Shown here piece after piece: positions 15,338 through 30,949 of a DNA stretch of 64,000 nucleotides. Location: the NCBI GenBank assembly GCA_951406725.2, contig OX597835.1, forward strand, positions 30,380,001 through 30,444,000, given 5' to 3'. Numbering within the stretch: position 1 is the first letter of the stretch; the number at the start of each line of letters is the position of its first letter. The position numbers and the translations under genes are program-made. Origin of the DNA: Octopus vulgaris (Eukaryota). The notes below the pieces were generated by a model. It saw nothing but the letters and a program-made list of their open reading frames with translations. It had not been told where the DNA came from and made no database searches.

Positions 15338-15572
<235 letters not shown>

Positions 15573-15823
15573 CATATATATGTATATAAAGATATATATA
15601 TACACACACACACTCACATATATATATATATACACACACACACATATATATATACACGGGCTTCTTTCAGTTTCCGTTTGTCAGATACATTCATAAGGAT
15701 TTTGTCAGCGCTGGGGTAGAGTAGAAGAGATTCGGTCAACTGTTCATGCAGTTGGACGGAATACGGAACCATCTGGTTGGGAAGAAAGCTTCTTACCACA
15801 CAGCCACGCCTGCCCCTATATAT

Positions 15824-15871
<48 letters not shown>

Positions 15872-16692
15872 GTAAACAAAACCATGTTTTCTAGGAATAT
15901 CTGAAGGAAAGGTTTTTGATGCAGTCAAAACGGCTGCTAGATATAGCAGTTAAAGCACTCTTCTTTTTTGATGTGGACCGCTCATGTAGTGGCCCAAAAA
16001 GATATGTAAATAAATATGTAAATAGATGGTGTGGAAAAGACTGGAGCGGCTTTCATCAAACAACTAGAAAAATGATAATAAAAATAAGTTTTACCAGTTA
16101 TTAATTTATCTAATTAGAACATAGCAGGAGTAGTGTTGTATGTATACGTGAAAGGAAGGTACAGCACATAATGTCACACATATATACATACATACTTACA
16201 CACAAGTACATACATACATACGTACATATGCATAAATACAGAAATATTTACATACATGCAAGCATACACGAATACTTACATACATACGCGCTCACAAACG
16301 TATATACATATATGTGTGTGTGTTTATATAGATATATATATATATATATATATGCATGTATGTATGAATATGTGCATATGTAGGGGCATGTTTATAAATA
16401 TATATATATATATATATATACATACTCATACATCTATATAATTTGAAGCATATCTATATATGTATGTATATATATATATACATATATATATAAATAAATA
16501 CCTATATACATATATATATATATGTATATATATATATGCATATGTGTGTGTATGGTTGTGTGTGCACGTATATATATATATATATATGAAAACAACTGTT
16601 CGTGTCTGAGTATCAATGACTCTCCCTGTGTTATATAATTACATATGTATAAATATATACGCTACTGTACAGGCATGTACAAACATATATGA

Positions 16693-16723
<31 letters not shown>

Positions 16724-17024
16724 TAAATATATATATACACACACACATTCACACACACACACACACACACGTAAACATAAAGACACGTACACATACACGC
16801 ACTGTAGATGACTGAAAGAAACAGTTTAATTCGCACCGCATGGATATACACACGAACACATGCTCAAGCATGTATAACATTTGCACATACATACGCACAT
16901 ACATACACACATATATACATGGATACATTCAAACATACATACATCTATCTATCTATCCATCTATCTATCTATACACACACACATATATATATATACATAT
17001 GTGTGTGTATGGTTGTGTGTGCAC

Positions 17025-17062
<38 letters not shown>

Positions 17063-17226
17063 ATACACACACACATATATATATATACATACATACTCAT
17101 ACACATACACGCATACACATATGGATAGTTTATGCATATACATCTCTATGATTGTATGGCTATCTATGTATGTTTCTATCCCTCTCTATATCTAACTTCC
17201 TCTGTCTGTCTGTCTCTCTCTGCCTA

Positions 17227-17318
<92 letters not shown>

Positions 17319-17442
17319 ATATGCATATATATATATATAAATATGTATATATATATATATATATATATACTTACATATATATATGTATATATATATATAT
17401 ACATACATATATACGTATATATATATATCCATATATATATAC

Positions 17443-17473
<31 letters not shown>

Positions 17474-17591
17474 TATATATACATATATATACATATAAAT
17501 ATATATATTATATTATATATATATATTTACATATATAAGATATATATATATATATATATATAAGATATATATATATAAGATATATATATAT

Positions 17592-17679
<88 letters not shown>

Positions 17680-18000
17680 TAGGAGCTTTCGTGGCTGTGT
17701 GGTAAGCAACTTGTTTCTCAACCACGTGGTTCCGGGTTTCGGGTTTCGGACCGCATACTTGTGAGTGGATTTCGTACACGCAACTTGCATATATTTATGT
17801 GTGCGTGTCTTTGCGTCTGTACTTTTATACCCACCATCGCTTCATAACCGATGTTGCTGTGTTCATCTCCTACCATCCTAGCGGTTGGGCAAAGGAGATG
17901 AATAAAATAAGTCCTAAGTTTAGAAAAATAACCCCTTTTCGACTGAAAACCTTTAATGGCGGTGCATGGCCGCAGTCAGAGGAAACAAGTAAAAGAATAA
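17680..18000 (+). mobile_element. SINE family A, degenerate
   Basis: gtggctgtgtggtaagcaacttg...ccacgtggttccgggtttc and diverged 3' motifs. Confidence 0.7.
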
Positions 18001-18035
18001 TAGAATCGACGTACGCACCTCTATAGGCTCGTATG

Positions 18036-18101
<66 letters not shown>

Positions 18102-18352
18102 AATCTATCTATCTATCTATCTATATATCTATCTATCTATCTATCTGTGTGTATGTGTTGTGTGTGTCTGTAAATGTATGAACTCTTATCTATGTCTATA
18201 TATTTGTGAATATCTATCTATCTATATATGTGTGTGTGTGTATACACACATATATATATATACATACACACACGCATACACACGCACAGATATATATATG
18301 TATACATATATCTATATATTTATTATATAAGTATATATATACACACACACTT

Positions 18353-18397
<45 letters not shown>

Positions 18398-18934
18398 TAT
18401 ACACAAACACGTACATGCACATACACAGACACACACACACACTCACACACACACATATATATATATCCACGTGTGCCACTATATATTTACGAGTGTGTTT
18501 ATACGTGATACTGAATGAATATTCCGGCTTTAATTGTTCGTTATATGATAACATTCAACAAACAGTGAAATACCACGACCACAACCACCACCACCATCTC
18601 TCATATCACCACCACCACCACCACCACCACCGCCGCTTCCAACTGGATCACCATCTACACGCCATATACCATCGCGTCAGTGCCGCCATATTTTTTCTAC
18701 CACCATCCGTCCACCATTTGCCGTCACCACCACCACCATCACCAGAACCACCTCCACACCATCAGCTAATGCTATCACCATTCTACCATACCGTCATACC
18801 TTCTCCGTAGCAACATCAACGATAACAATCTAAGAATGACTGCAATACCAAATCCTGACTTATGCATTCATACATATGTCACTGTTGTACTAAGCAATTG
18901 CGTGCTTGTGTATGTATGTGTGTGTATATGGGTG

Positions 18935-18993
<59 letters not shown>

Positions 18994-19242
18994 GTATATA
19001 TATATATACATATGTGTGTGTATATATATATATGCATATGTGTGTGTGTGCTTGTGAGCCTGTGTGTATATGTATCTGTGCCTAGCATATTCCTTGCATT
19101 ATTTATTTACATCTGAATGCCTAATAAGGTGTGACATAATTACGCATATACATACATACATTGAAACATATATATATATATATATATACATATATATACA
19201 CATATATATATTTATATGTATGTATATATGTATATATATACA

Positions 19243-19291
<49 letters not shown>

Positions 19292-20319
19292 TATATGTAT
19301 ATATATGTATATATTTATATGTATGTATGTATGTATGTATATGTAGATATATATATATATATATATACATTATATATATATATACATTATATATATATAT
19401 ATATATATATATATGCATATATAAGAAATACATGTTTGTATCCATGCATTGTTGTAGCCATACATGTGTGATTATCTATCTATCTCTCTGTCTATCTATC
19501 TTTCTATCTATCTATCTATCAATCTGTCTATCTATCTATCTATCTATCTATCTATTTATCTATCTATCTATCGGAGTGTACATCCATATATTTAATTGTA
19601 TAAGTACATATGTGTCTGCGTGTGTGTGTATAGATGTATATATGTGCTTTTCATGCAACATATAACGCACATAAGTATACGCATGTCGTCTATACAATAT
19701 ATCTATGAATGTGTGTGTGTGTCTGATTGGTTTGGCCCATTTTGTTATTGGGTAAATCGAGATTATCGACTAGTCAATATCTCTGAATTCCTTGAGCATT
19801 TCCTCTCACCGGCTTCCTAATAGTTTCCTTGTACCCAATGTAATTTTACATGGCTTTAGTTAACCGTGTCTACAGTACAAAAACTCTCCATGTTTCCACA
19901 CAAAGAGATCGACCTGGGGACCTCATAGTCTCTACGCAGGGATCTAGGTCACTTACCTTAATTAATCCCTAAATTTTATGCCGTATGCTTATGTTATGTA
20001 ATCATATTTTCCGTCCTTAAGTTTTGAGTTCAAATTTCACCTAGGTCAGCTTTGTGTTTCAGTCAATCGGAATCGATAAAATAAATACAAGGTAAGCACT
20101 AGGGTCGATGTAATCGATTTTTCCCTCCCACGAAATTGCTGGCCTTGTGCCAATATTTTGAAACCAACTTTAGTTGCCATTTTTGTGCCACACTGAAGCG
20201 AACTTAGAAATGCATCAAGATGTTTACGATTTCTGTGTTCAAATCTATTTGAATGTTTTTATTCGTTTGCACCCTTTGCCGGAACAGAAAGTGCATTTAG
20301 CAGGATTAGTAACCGGTAT

Positions 20320-20610
20320 TCTGTCAATTACATCACTGGGTGTTCCATAGGATCCGATCAACGAAACATCCTTCTCTTGAAATCAACGCGCCAGTGGCTG
20401 AGCACTCCACAGACAATGCGTGCCCTTAACGTAGTTCTCAAGGGAGATTCAGCGTAGCACACAAAGTGACAAGGCTGGCCCTTTGAAATACAGATCCATC
20501 TAATTTTTGCCAGTTGAGGGAACTGGTGTAAGGTGAAATAAAGTGTCTTACTCAAGGACAGAACACGTCAGGTATCGAACTCATGGCCATAAGCGATGCG
20601 CCTTTGGTTC
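20320..20610 (-). mobile_element. SINE (distinct family) remnant
   Basis: aaataaagtgtcttactcaaggacagaacac...gtatcgaactc is the reverse complement of a B-box plus CORE-like ttgagtaagacacttt, as in families C/D. Confidence 0.55.
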
Positions 20611-20671
20611 GATTACCAAAAAAAAATCAAACAAAAAAGCTGAAATAAAGAAGAATGACACAGCCAATAGT

Positions 20672-21035
20672 AACAAGAGCACTCATAGAGCACAAACCTT
20701 CGCCTAGACAACACCAACATCTCAACGATTAGCCAGAGATGATTTTTAAAAATGAGGATATCTTAAATAAACTCGACAGCTCCCACAAACGAGAATACCA
20801 AAATAGAACCGACCGCTCTCAGAAATTAAGTAAAAGAAAAACGGAAAAATAATCCATAATCCTTGTCCGGAACCGGATCGAACTCCAAATCTAACCAGTT
20901 CGTGCCGATTGCGAGGCCAAACAACCCTGAAAGTTTCATCTGAATCCATCTAGTGGTTCTTGCGATATCTTGTCCATGGACAAACAAACACGACTGTAAG
21001 CAATAGCTCCGTCTTCGTTAAGGCGGAGGTAATAA
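20672..21035. mobile_element. Helentron-type (HINE/DINE-like) non-autonomous element
   Basis: One end aacaagagcactca...aaccttcgcct; other end hairpin ctccgtctt-cgtt-aaggcggag then gtaataat; subterminal inverted motif accttcgcct/aggcggaggt; internal ccggatc and aaagtttcat motifs. Confidence 0.65.
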
Positions 21036-21227
21036 TCCTAATACAAACTTGGTACCAGTTGCAAACTGTTTGGCGCGTATCCGAACCCGTATAAAAGCCT
21101 TTTACTGTGTTTTGTAATGGAGAAATTCTCTCGCTCTTCACCAGCATAGTGAAGGACCTTCTTATGGGTTCGAGTACGCATATTTGAGGTGGTTCCAAGT
21201 TTTGAACTGGTTCCAGGTATGTATTTA

Positions 21228-21615
21228 ATAGACGCAGGTGTTGCAGTGTGGTAAGAAGCTTGCTTCCCAGCCATATGTTCTTTGGACAAGTGTCTTCAAT
21301 CATAGGCTCTAGGCGACCAAATCCTTGTGGGTAGATTTGTGGGAAGGAAGCTGAAAGAAGCCCGTTGTATACATGTATCTATGTGTGTGTGTGTGTGTGT
21401 TTGTTTGTTTGTGCCCCTATCACCGCTTGACAACCGGTATAGGTGTGTTTACATCCTCGTAACCTAGCGGTTCGGTAAAAGTGAACGACAGAATCAGTAC
21501 TAGACTTACAAAATAAGTCCTAGTGTCGATTTGTTCGACTAAAACCATTGAAGGTGATGCTCCAGCATGAACGCAATCAAATGACTATAAAAGGTAAACG
21601 AATACAAGAATAAGA
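21228..21615 (+). mobile_element. SINE family A, full length, diverged
   Basis: Head, CORE-like, (TG)n and tail motifs all present. Confidence 0.85.
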
Positions 21616-21787
21616 GATTCACAGTTCAGCGTTCTTAATCCAATAATCCTTAATCGTTAATCGACTTCGAAGCTCTACGCTGGACGATGGTATGATTTCA
21701 ATATGTGGAGCCTACTGGCTTCTTCTTGACGCCATGTTTTATCCTATTCCCGCTTCCTTTGGTTTATTTTATCTGATACTTTTCTAT

Positions 21788-21905
21788 TTACTCTGATGAA
21801 GCTCCATGTACTAGATCGAATATCCTATGAAGATGACGAATATTCTGTTCGTAATTCTTTCGTAGGCACCAAATGACCATTGGTAGCGGAAACAGCCGTA
21901 AGAAT
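21788..21905 (+). ncRNA. Degenerate hammerhead-like motif with long stem II insert
   Basis: CTGATGA 21793-21799, gctcca/tggtagc stem, GAAAC agcc GTA; host element ends in aactccattttc then (TA)n like 45248 and 52445 elements. Confidence 0.4.
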
Positions 21906-22018
21906 TGTTATGTCATAGAAATGTTACGTCATGCCTTGTATTAAAAAAGAAACCTACAGATGTGGTCCAATTTATTTGGTTGTTGATCTAAAGTTAACTC
22001 CATTTTCTGATTATTTAA

Positions 22019-22138
<120 letters not shown>

Positions 22139-22442
22139 AATCGAAATTAAAAGTAAAAACGACAAAGTCGAAAGAAAGTGCGCAGTGAATATATTAAGAT
22201 TGACGCTCAGTTTAAGGCGGAAAACAGATAATGTGGCGTTTCGAGAATGGCTCTTAATCAGAAAGAGGAGGCAGAAAATCTCCGAAGAGAATGAAAAAAA
22301 TAGTCCAAGAAAAGCAAAAGTGTGGTTAAATGACTGAAGTACCCCACCCCACCATATATATATATCTATATATATATATATATATATATATGCATACATA
22401 AGTGTGAGTGTGTGTGTGTGTGAGAGAGAAAGTGAGAGAGAG

Positions 22443-22491
<49 letters not shown>

Positions 22492-23043
22492 ATGTGTAAA
22501 CTCCGGTATTTCAGTGGTGCTCTATTTGAAAAGGTATTTTAAGTTACCAACAAAAGTGATGATGATGCTGATAACGATAAGGAACGTGGCATCAGTAGCA
22601 TATGTAACACAGATCGGTTAAAATCACGAAGAAGCAATACTGCAAGGTTTTCTTCTGCGAAACTCTGACGATACTACGACTGAACTATCGAAACCGTATC
22701 GCCGAGAAGCCATGTTGTCAAAGCACTTAACGCCACGGTATTAAGATATACAATTTTTGATGCAAAATATTCATGGATGTCACAAAAAATTATACGAAAT
22801 ATTGAAATATTCAAAAAATATTTGAATAATCAACGATCATGATCGATGTATTGATTTTTTTCATCTGATGTATTTGTAAATAAATAAAAGGCTGATGTGA
22901 TATTTGATATCCAAACGATATCAAATAGTGGATGATATTAAGTATTCAATGGTATTGATTAGGATATTGGCAGTTCCATAATGTTTCAGGAAACTATATA
23001 ACCATGACAGGGTACGGTGGACTATCTCATTACTGCAATGCAC

Positions 23044-23112
<69 letters not shown>

Positions 23113-23130
23113 TGTAGTAGTAGTAGTGGT
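23044..23130. repeat. (TAG)n trinucleotide repeat
   Basis: Direct inspection. Confidence 0.97.
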
Positions 23131-23200
23131 GTCAGCTATAATGGTAAAAACAAACAAAAGTAATGATTCCCCTTGAAACAATATTGTTTGATCTTCACCT

Positions 23201-23243
<43 letters not shown>

Positions 23244-23251
23244 GATGTATG

Positions 23252-23285
<34 letters not shown>

Positions 23286-23331
23286 TATGTACGTGTATAT
23301 ATATACATATATACGTATACATATGTACGTG

Positions 23332-23363
<32 letters not shown>

Positions 23364-23578
23364 TGTGTGTGCGTGTATACGTGCGCCGGCATGATCATTA
23401 TGTATTACATTACTGGATATTACTCAATTACCCCATTATATGTATGAATGTATATATATACATATACATACATATATATATATATATATATATGCATGTA
23501 TGCATGTATATATGCATATGTATACATATATATGTGTGTGTATATACATATACGTATACACGCACACACACTCGCATA

Positions 23579-23617
<39 letters not shown>

Positions 23618-23930
23618 GTATATATATATATGTATATATAGAGAGAGAGACAGAGAGGGAGGGAAGGAGGGAGAGAGAGAAAGAGAGAGGAGCGGGAGGG
23701 AGAGTGAGAGAGAGCTTATTGACTAGGTATCATAAAACAAATGAAGAAGCCGTTAATATTGTAAGAAGGGTACAAAATATTTGTCGAATAACAGTGTGGA
23801 ATCATTTCGCTCTTGTATCTGGTTTGCAAGATTCTTTATGTGAATTCCTGTGTTGAAACAAATGTTGCTGTGTCCTGGGAGATAGGTTCAATTCCGCTCG
23901 TTTATTAAATATCCGATTTTTCTGTTCTGT

Positions 23931-23975
23931 TTGTCAAAGCTCTTTCGCTGCTCTTTGCAACCTTCTCAATGACAA
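23931..23975 (-). ncRNA. Minimal hammerhead-like motif with U3-A8 core (UUGAGAA)
   Basis: Minus strand: ttgtca TTGAGAA g gttgc aaaga gcagc GAAA gagc TT tgacaa; same stem I and architecture as 10121-10168; host repeat related to 36011-36135 and 47780-47960. Confidence 0.6.
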
Positions 23976-24269
23976 TCGACTCTCCATCAAAACGTTGCTC
24001 CGAATTTCAAAGACGCCAGTGAGAGTTCGTAGTATACATTCTCATGAATTTGTCTATATCAGATCTATTCTGTCAACTGGACTGCCATGGTCAGATATCT
24101 TTCCACTGATTCTCATCAACTCCACTTCTCAGTATAATATCTCGTACAATGTGCTGTTGATTAGTCTCCATTGCTAATGAAACGTAACAATGAATTTCTA
24201 GAGCCTTAGCTAGCACTGACGGTTATATCAACACCAAGTTGGGATCAGCTAGAGAGATAGATGATAGAT

Positions 24270-24470
24270 CGTTAGCTCCTACACGTATTTTTCTCTCCCT
24301 TTTTCTCCCTCCTTGTTTCTCTCCTTGTTTTTTTCTGTGTATCTGTCGAAGAGCGTAGGCTCGAAACGTAAAAGACTGTTTCTATTCCTGAGCGCTATAC
24401 TAATACATTTGTTTGTTTGTACTCCACCTGCCTTCGTCTTTTGTTTATTTTCGTAAACTTTCCCTTTAGA
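24270..24470 (+). mobile_element. Penelope-like terminal fragment with minimal hammerhead variant (CUGUCGA)
   Basis: ctgtcgaa gagc gtag gctc gaaa cgta; copies at 12230-12420(-), 26040-26215(-), 26553-26735(-), 49740-49928(+). Confidence 0.7.
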
Positions 24471-24834
24471 TATATACATATAGGTATGCAGGTATATGTG
24501 TACACACACACAAAAACTATGCGCATGTGCATGCACGCATGCATATATATTTGTCTATACATGTGTATAGCTACTTTGTAAACTGCATAGTGCATTTAGA
24601 AAATGAATCATTATATAATAATAGGTGCGTATATCTTTGCATGTATAAAGGTATATATAAAGATATCTACATACATACATACATACACACACACATACAT
24701 ATATATGCATATTCATATTACTGCAAACGTTTGCGTTTGTATACACAGAGATCCATAGTTATGTCTAAGTATTATACACACACATATATATATACACATA
24801 TGTGTTTCTACATGCTAATAGGAATAAGGATATA

Positions 24835-24907
<73 letters not shown>

Positions 24908-25179
24908 ATATGTCCCTATGTATTTTATGTGTAGGCATAAACATATATGTGTGTCTCGGTGTGTACGTATATACACCGCAATGCACATACATGATCTTCA
25001 TATGCCATGTAATGCTACATGTGCAGTGAACACTAGTTACTCTTAATTACTGATCGCTCATCCAATTTCTACTTTATTAATGAGATTTTAATTAATTAAG
25101 ATAATTAAAAACACATGCGCTTATAATGTAAATATGAATAGCCATTTACATATGCATATCTGTACACACACCCACACAC

Positions 25180-25288
<109 letters not shown>

Positions 25289-25381
25289 AGATAGATAGAA
25301 AGATAGATAGATAGATATATAGATAGTTAGAAAGATAGATAGATAGGTGCATATATAAATATACATGTTTATGCGCGTATT

Positions 25382-25463
<82 letters not shown>

Positions 25464-25978
25464 TGTTTGCATGTGTGCGTACTTATGGGGAGAAGAGAAG
25501 AATATTAATTTAAAATAAGTGAAATTCAGAAGCATTTACAAAAACAAAAATAAATAATAATTAAATTAGGAGAGTAAAGAGAAAGGGAGTGGAGAGGGTG
25601 AAGCGGAAGAAAGAAAAAAGGATGGTGGAAGGGAGCAGAGGGTGGCTTGCGGTTGAGGATACTTACACGTAGGATATAATTGGAAATACAACGTTTTGCC
25701 GGAGATACGTACGCGCACACATACTCACACATACATTCTCACAGACACGCGCACGCGTACACATATTCGAGCATACACACTTACACACACGCGCACACGC
25801 ATACACACACGCAGGTATTATCAAATACACACAGGTGCACACGTATGCAGATATGCCATCGCATGCGCAACACGCTCCCGCACAAGCAGTAACCATCATT
25901 GGTGCATATATATATATACATGTATGTATATACACACATATATATATGTATATATATACACATATATATATGTATATG

Positions 25979-26039
<61 letters not shown>

Positions 26040-26041
<2 letters not shown>

Positions 26042-26215
26042 AGAGTTTTACGAAAAAACAAAAGACGAAGACAGGTGGTGTACAAAACAAACAGATGTAT
26101 TAGTATAACGCTCAGGAATAGAAAAAAGTCTGCTACATTTCGAGCCGACGCTCTTCTACAGAAAGGGACACAGAAAAAAACAAGGAGAGAAAAAAATGTC
26201 TGTAGTGGTTAACGA
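26040..26215 (-). mobile_element. Same family as 24270-24470
   Basis: Reverse complement match; core CTGTAGA; flanked by (TA)n both sides. Confidence 0.7.
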
Positions 26216-26552
26216 TATATATATATATATATATACATGCGTTAATAATGTCATATAAACACCTTTACATTCCGATGTGCATGTTTCTGTACACACACAT
26301 ACACACATGCACAGGTGCAATCTCTGTTTTCTGGTCATTTACAAAACCTCACGCATGTGTGTTACACACACGCACACACGCATACCCACGTACATATAGA
26401 ACGATAACCGGGCACACCCATGCGTACGTATACTAACATCGCCGCGCGCACTCTCTCACACATAGATACACACACAAACATACAAACCGCAAACATACGT
26501 ATAAAAACTATACGAATATAATAGCACACAACCACGCATATATATATATATA

Positions 26553-26735
26553 AAGGGAAAGTTTACGAAAATAAACAAAAAACGAAGGCAGGCGGAGTAC
26601 AAACAAACAAATGTATTAGTATAGCGCCCAGGAATAGAAAAAGCCTTTTACGTTTCGAGCCTACGCTCTTCGACAGAAAGAATCACAGAAAAAAACAAGG
26701 AGAGAAAAAAATACGTGTAGTAGCTAACGATCTAT
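26553..26735 (-). mobile_element. Same family as 24270-24470
   Basis: Minus strand tcttt CTGTCGA a gagc gtag gctc GAAA cg TA aaagg; flanked by (TA)n. Confidence 0.7.
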
Positions 26736-26779
<44 letters not shown>

Positions 26780-28834
26780 ACGGGTTTCTACATAGTTACT
26801 GTGTACCAAATGCACTCACAAGGCATTGCTCAAGCCGGGTGTATAGTAGATACTACTTACTACACAGGGGGACTCAATTCAAAATCACGGGACTGCAAAG
26901 CGAGTTTCTTAATCTCTTACATACATTCATACAGCTTTCTAGCACTGACAATATCCTGCCTTTTATTCAAACAGTATATTTAAAACTACTTCTAACTTTT
27001 ACGTCCTCACTTTTTCTAAAAGACAGGAGCGTGTCTGCTATTTTAGGTAAATCATATCAGATATCTCTTGAGAATATGAAGAAGGATCATCGTTGATTCG
27101 TTGTGGGATTGTGATTTTTGTTACTGCTTAACTCTAGCTCTTTCCTCGTCCCTCAGATCCACAGGGAAAGGTGTTTCAGTAATTATAACTAATTTTTACG
27201 GTTTTTTTTTTTGTGTGTCGTTGGAAAGTGTGAATGTTTAGCAGTTCAAACTATAATGCGAACGCATAACGTAACGTTTGTGTTTGCGTGCGTGTGTGTA
27301 TATATGTATATATACGCACACAAATATATATATATGTGTGTTTGTGTCTGTCTGTGTGACATTTGCTAAAAGAATGCAGTTATATAAGTCTACATTGTCT
27401 AGAAAAATTTTTAAGATTCCAGTTTCAATATATTTTCATCAAAATGAGATTTTCATGTTTCTTTTATAACAGAAGCTTTCGGGTAAGCGTTTCAATTACA
27501 GAAATAATTTTTATTCAGTGCGACATTCTAACACACACCGATATATCGTTATATTTTTTAACGTTTCTGTTTATGTTTGTGGAAATATATTGGTTGTTCA
27601 GATATTTCTAACTTTACTTTCTACAAACATTAAATTTAAAACATTCCTCCAAACTATAAGTTTAATCCAGCATGAACCAAATTATGCTGTTTACATTATC
27701 CTTTCATATTCGTTGGTGATTTTAAAGAAAGCTGAATAAGAAAAGTGTTTTAATTTACTCACATCGATTGGGCATAACTACAGAAAACCACCCCACCCAA
27801 TTTGTTTCCTCGTAACTTTCTGAAAAATGGATATTTTCAATGACATATTCTAAAACTACATTTTAGACTGTTTTGATTACGATTCAATCTGTTTTTTTAG
27901 TGAAAAGCTTTTTCGAGGAGGCTGAAGAGGGCTAACTTTCGATGAAGAGGATTCTGTTATTCGACCAATTCAGTTGTCTGCTCCTGAATTGAGGTATAAG
28001 TTACTGAACATTTTACCGTCACGTGTACCGTTCAACGTAATTCTCATGGAGGCTCGGGCATGAAAGGTGTAATCCACCCGACGGATTTTACGCAGTTTTC
28101 ATCAGCCCCAAATTTTGCAAATAAAGTATGGGTCGACTCAAGGCAACAGAAAATGACTTTTATCTAACAGGTCATACAGTCAGATTGAACCATGGACTTC
28201 ATAGTTGTGAACTGAACTTCTACACCATTCGGCCATTCTATTCCAGCGTTCAACAACACCTACAACAGCAAAATTTTATTTCATCCCGTTAGTAATATGA
28301 TAAAACAAATAAACTACAGCAGTATCTTTCATCACTCATGAGTTGATAAAATAAATAGCAGTTAATTACTGAGATTGATTCTAAAAGACTTGACCCTACT
28401 GCACTCCCGCCTTCTCTGCCAACATTTATGAGCCTTCTACCAATATTGGAAAATATCATTACCATAATCTATTGCATTTATCCCGAACTTCTTCTGTAAT
28501 TAACGTAATACGTCTTAGCTATTTGAGAAATATTATTTTAATTCTTCTAATAATTAATTTAACTTAATAATCTTTATAATTTTTTGGTAATACTTGATAA
28601 TAATGATAACAATATTATTTAATAATTCTTAGTTCTTAGTTCTTAGAATTCTATTTGCAATCCAAATCTACTGGATTCCAAAGAGGAATGAAATTCCAGT
28701 TAAAACAAGTTTCGTAAATACCGACTACAACATGGTGAACGTCAAACCTTTAGCAATATTTAATAACAAATATATTGGAATGGAAAGTTTAAAATACAGA
28801 AGAATACAAAGTATTAACAAAAAAAAAAAAGAAA

Positions 28835-28965
28835 CAGCTAAAAATCAGCTTCCCTAATGTGGAATATAGGGATTATCAAAAATATCAAGGTAGTTACTAA
28901 AATATTAGATAAGTTAATCTCCAAGGATAAAATAAATTTGGTTGCAGTACACCAAAATCCATAGC
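28835..28965 (+). pseudogene. Possible LINE APE-endonuclease N-terminal relic
   Basis: Manual translation LMWNIGIIKNIKVVTKILDKLISKDKINLVAVHQ resembles the WNxxG...IDxVxxQE start of APE domains; heavily decayed. Confidence 0.3.
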
Positions 28966-29574
28966 CAAATCCTTCATGATAAATTAAAGAAGATTTTAAA
29001 AGAAATTATAGTTTTAATTTCATGAAGGATAAAATATTAAACGAAAACAGGTAGAAACAATACGATAACAAATTGGATTGATAAAAATATAAAACCGACA
29101 TTAAGTACTATTTTAAAAGCTATAAGGTTCTTAATAGATATTGATTATTTTCAATTAGGAAAATATTTCTTTTCATTCTTTCCAAACTACAAAAATACCA
29201 ATTCGTTTCTAAAATAGTCGAGAAAAAAATAATTCCTAGACTATTTAAATTATCTAAAAGAAAAAGTAAATGAAATAAATAAATAAATAAGTAATTTTAT
29301 AAAGTGATCGATTGGTGGAATCGATAGAGCATCGAGACGAATTGTCTTGCAGTATTAGTTCTGTTTCTTTGAGCTTTGAGTTCAAATCTCACTGAGACAG
29401 GCTTTTCCCTTTCATCCTTCTCGAGCTGATTAACAACTGCATCAGACAAGTAGTGGGGTCAATGTAATATTCTTATCCACTGCCATCAATATTACTGATC
29501 TTGTACGGAAATTAGCAAACACTATTTTCAAAGCAGTGAGCTTGCTGGATGGTTAAGTCGTCAGAAAAATAATT

Positions 29575-29635
<61 letters not shown>

Positions 29636-29685
29636 AGCATAAAGGTATGGTGAGGCAAACAGAAGTAAACTTCAAAATATGAGTA

Positions 29686-29935
29686 TAGGCGTGGGCGTAG
29701 CTGTGTGGAAAGAAGCTTGCTTCCCAACCACATGGTTCCGGGTTCAATCCTATAGCGTAGGAGCTTCGGTAAGTGTCTTCTACTATAACCTAGAGCCGAC
29801 CAAAGCCTCGTAAGTGGATTTGGTAGACAGAAACCAAAAGACGCCCGTCGTATATATATAGAGAGCAGAAGTCTGTTGCCGAGGTGCCACGCAGTGGGAC
29901 TGAACTCGGAACCCTGTGGCTGGAAAGCAAGTTTC
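29686..29935 (+). mobile_element. SINE family A 5' half followed by a short inverted family A fragment
   Basis: Plus-strand head to gcccgtcgtatat (29850), then ggtgccacgcagtgggactgaactcgg on opposite strand. Confidence 0.8.
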
Positions 29936-30189
29936 TTTATTTCTTTTAAATTGCCACAAAGGCATTACACAGGGGGGATGGACACTACAACACATGTGGG
30001 GACATATAACAATTAAATATATAAATATAAAATATGATATAATTGTTGTCGATGTCAACATTTTATATAAAAACCAGCTTGCAAACATGACAGCAACTCT
30101 GACAATGCAACCTTCGTGATTCATGTTGAAAAATTAGCCATGGGCCTATCTCACCGACAGCACGTCGGTTACGATGCCTTTCCTAAGCA

Positions 30190-30540
30190 TTGCTTCTAAA
30201 TTTCTAACTATCCCTCTATTCTATTTTTCTCTAATGCTTACAAACTTACTAATCTTGACCGATTCTACGCTAATCATCCTTTACAGAGCGAACTACCATT
30301 TATTGTCAAGTTCCTCCCTTTCGCCTATACCCGCTTTCTTACTTCGCTACTCTAGCATGCAGGAATTCGTATCCATGAACTAACATTAGCAGGAAGGCTC
30401 GTAGAGAGAAAATTCTCGGTTCATTGATAGTCACCACATATATATCTAGTGACTTGAGATCGTTGAGCAAGCAGCCTTACTTTCAAGCTGATCCCATGTA
30501 GTGTGTATGTACTCAGCCTTTTCTGAGTGCAGTCATGATC
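30190..30540 (-). pseudogene. Decayed L1/Tx1-like ORF2 fragment
   Basis: Minus-strand translation CLLNDLKSLDIYVVTINEPRI (APE-like) and ELDNKW*FAL*RMISVESVKISK; multiple stops. Confidence 0.4.
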
Positions 30541-30645
30541 AACAAGAGAGAAGTGGGTGAAAAAAGACCATTTCCTTTATTCCTGTAGAATGACAGGTAT
30601 TTCGTTCATCCTACTGCCTATAGTTATTACCAATAGAAGTTCTGT

Positions 30646-30949
30646 AGTGGAGGCACATAGCCTAGTGGTTAGAGCAGCGGACTCGCGGTCGAGGGATCGC
30701 GGGTTCGAATCTCAGACCGGGCGATGTGTGTGTTTATGAGCGAAACTCCTAAGCTCCACGAGGCTCCGTCAGAAGGTAATGGCGAACTTCTGCTGACTCT
30801 TTCGCCACAATTTTCTCTCACTCTTTCCTCCTGCATCTTGCAGCTCACCTGCAACGAACTGGCGACCCGTCCAGGTGGGGAACCTATACGCCAAGAAACC
30901 GTTAAACCGGCCCTTATGAGCCAGGCGTGACTCGAGAACGAACAAACAA
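30646..30949 (+). mobile_element. tRNA-derived SINE family C (V-domain-like) with 14-bp TSD
   Basis: A box agcctagtggttagagc, B box gggttcgaatc, cctgcaacgaactggcgacccgtccagg; TSD aatagaagttctgt at 30632-30645 and 30950-30963. Confidence 0.9.

Noticed and set aside
22666-22705. CTGACGA...GAAAC hammerhead-like spacing
   Set aside because: Stems II and III cannot be formed convincingly
30648-30722. tRNA-like sequence
   Set aside because: It is the head of a SINE: continues into SINE body, has TSDs and a second copy at 31400
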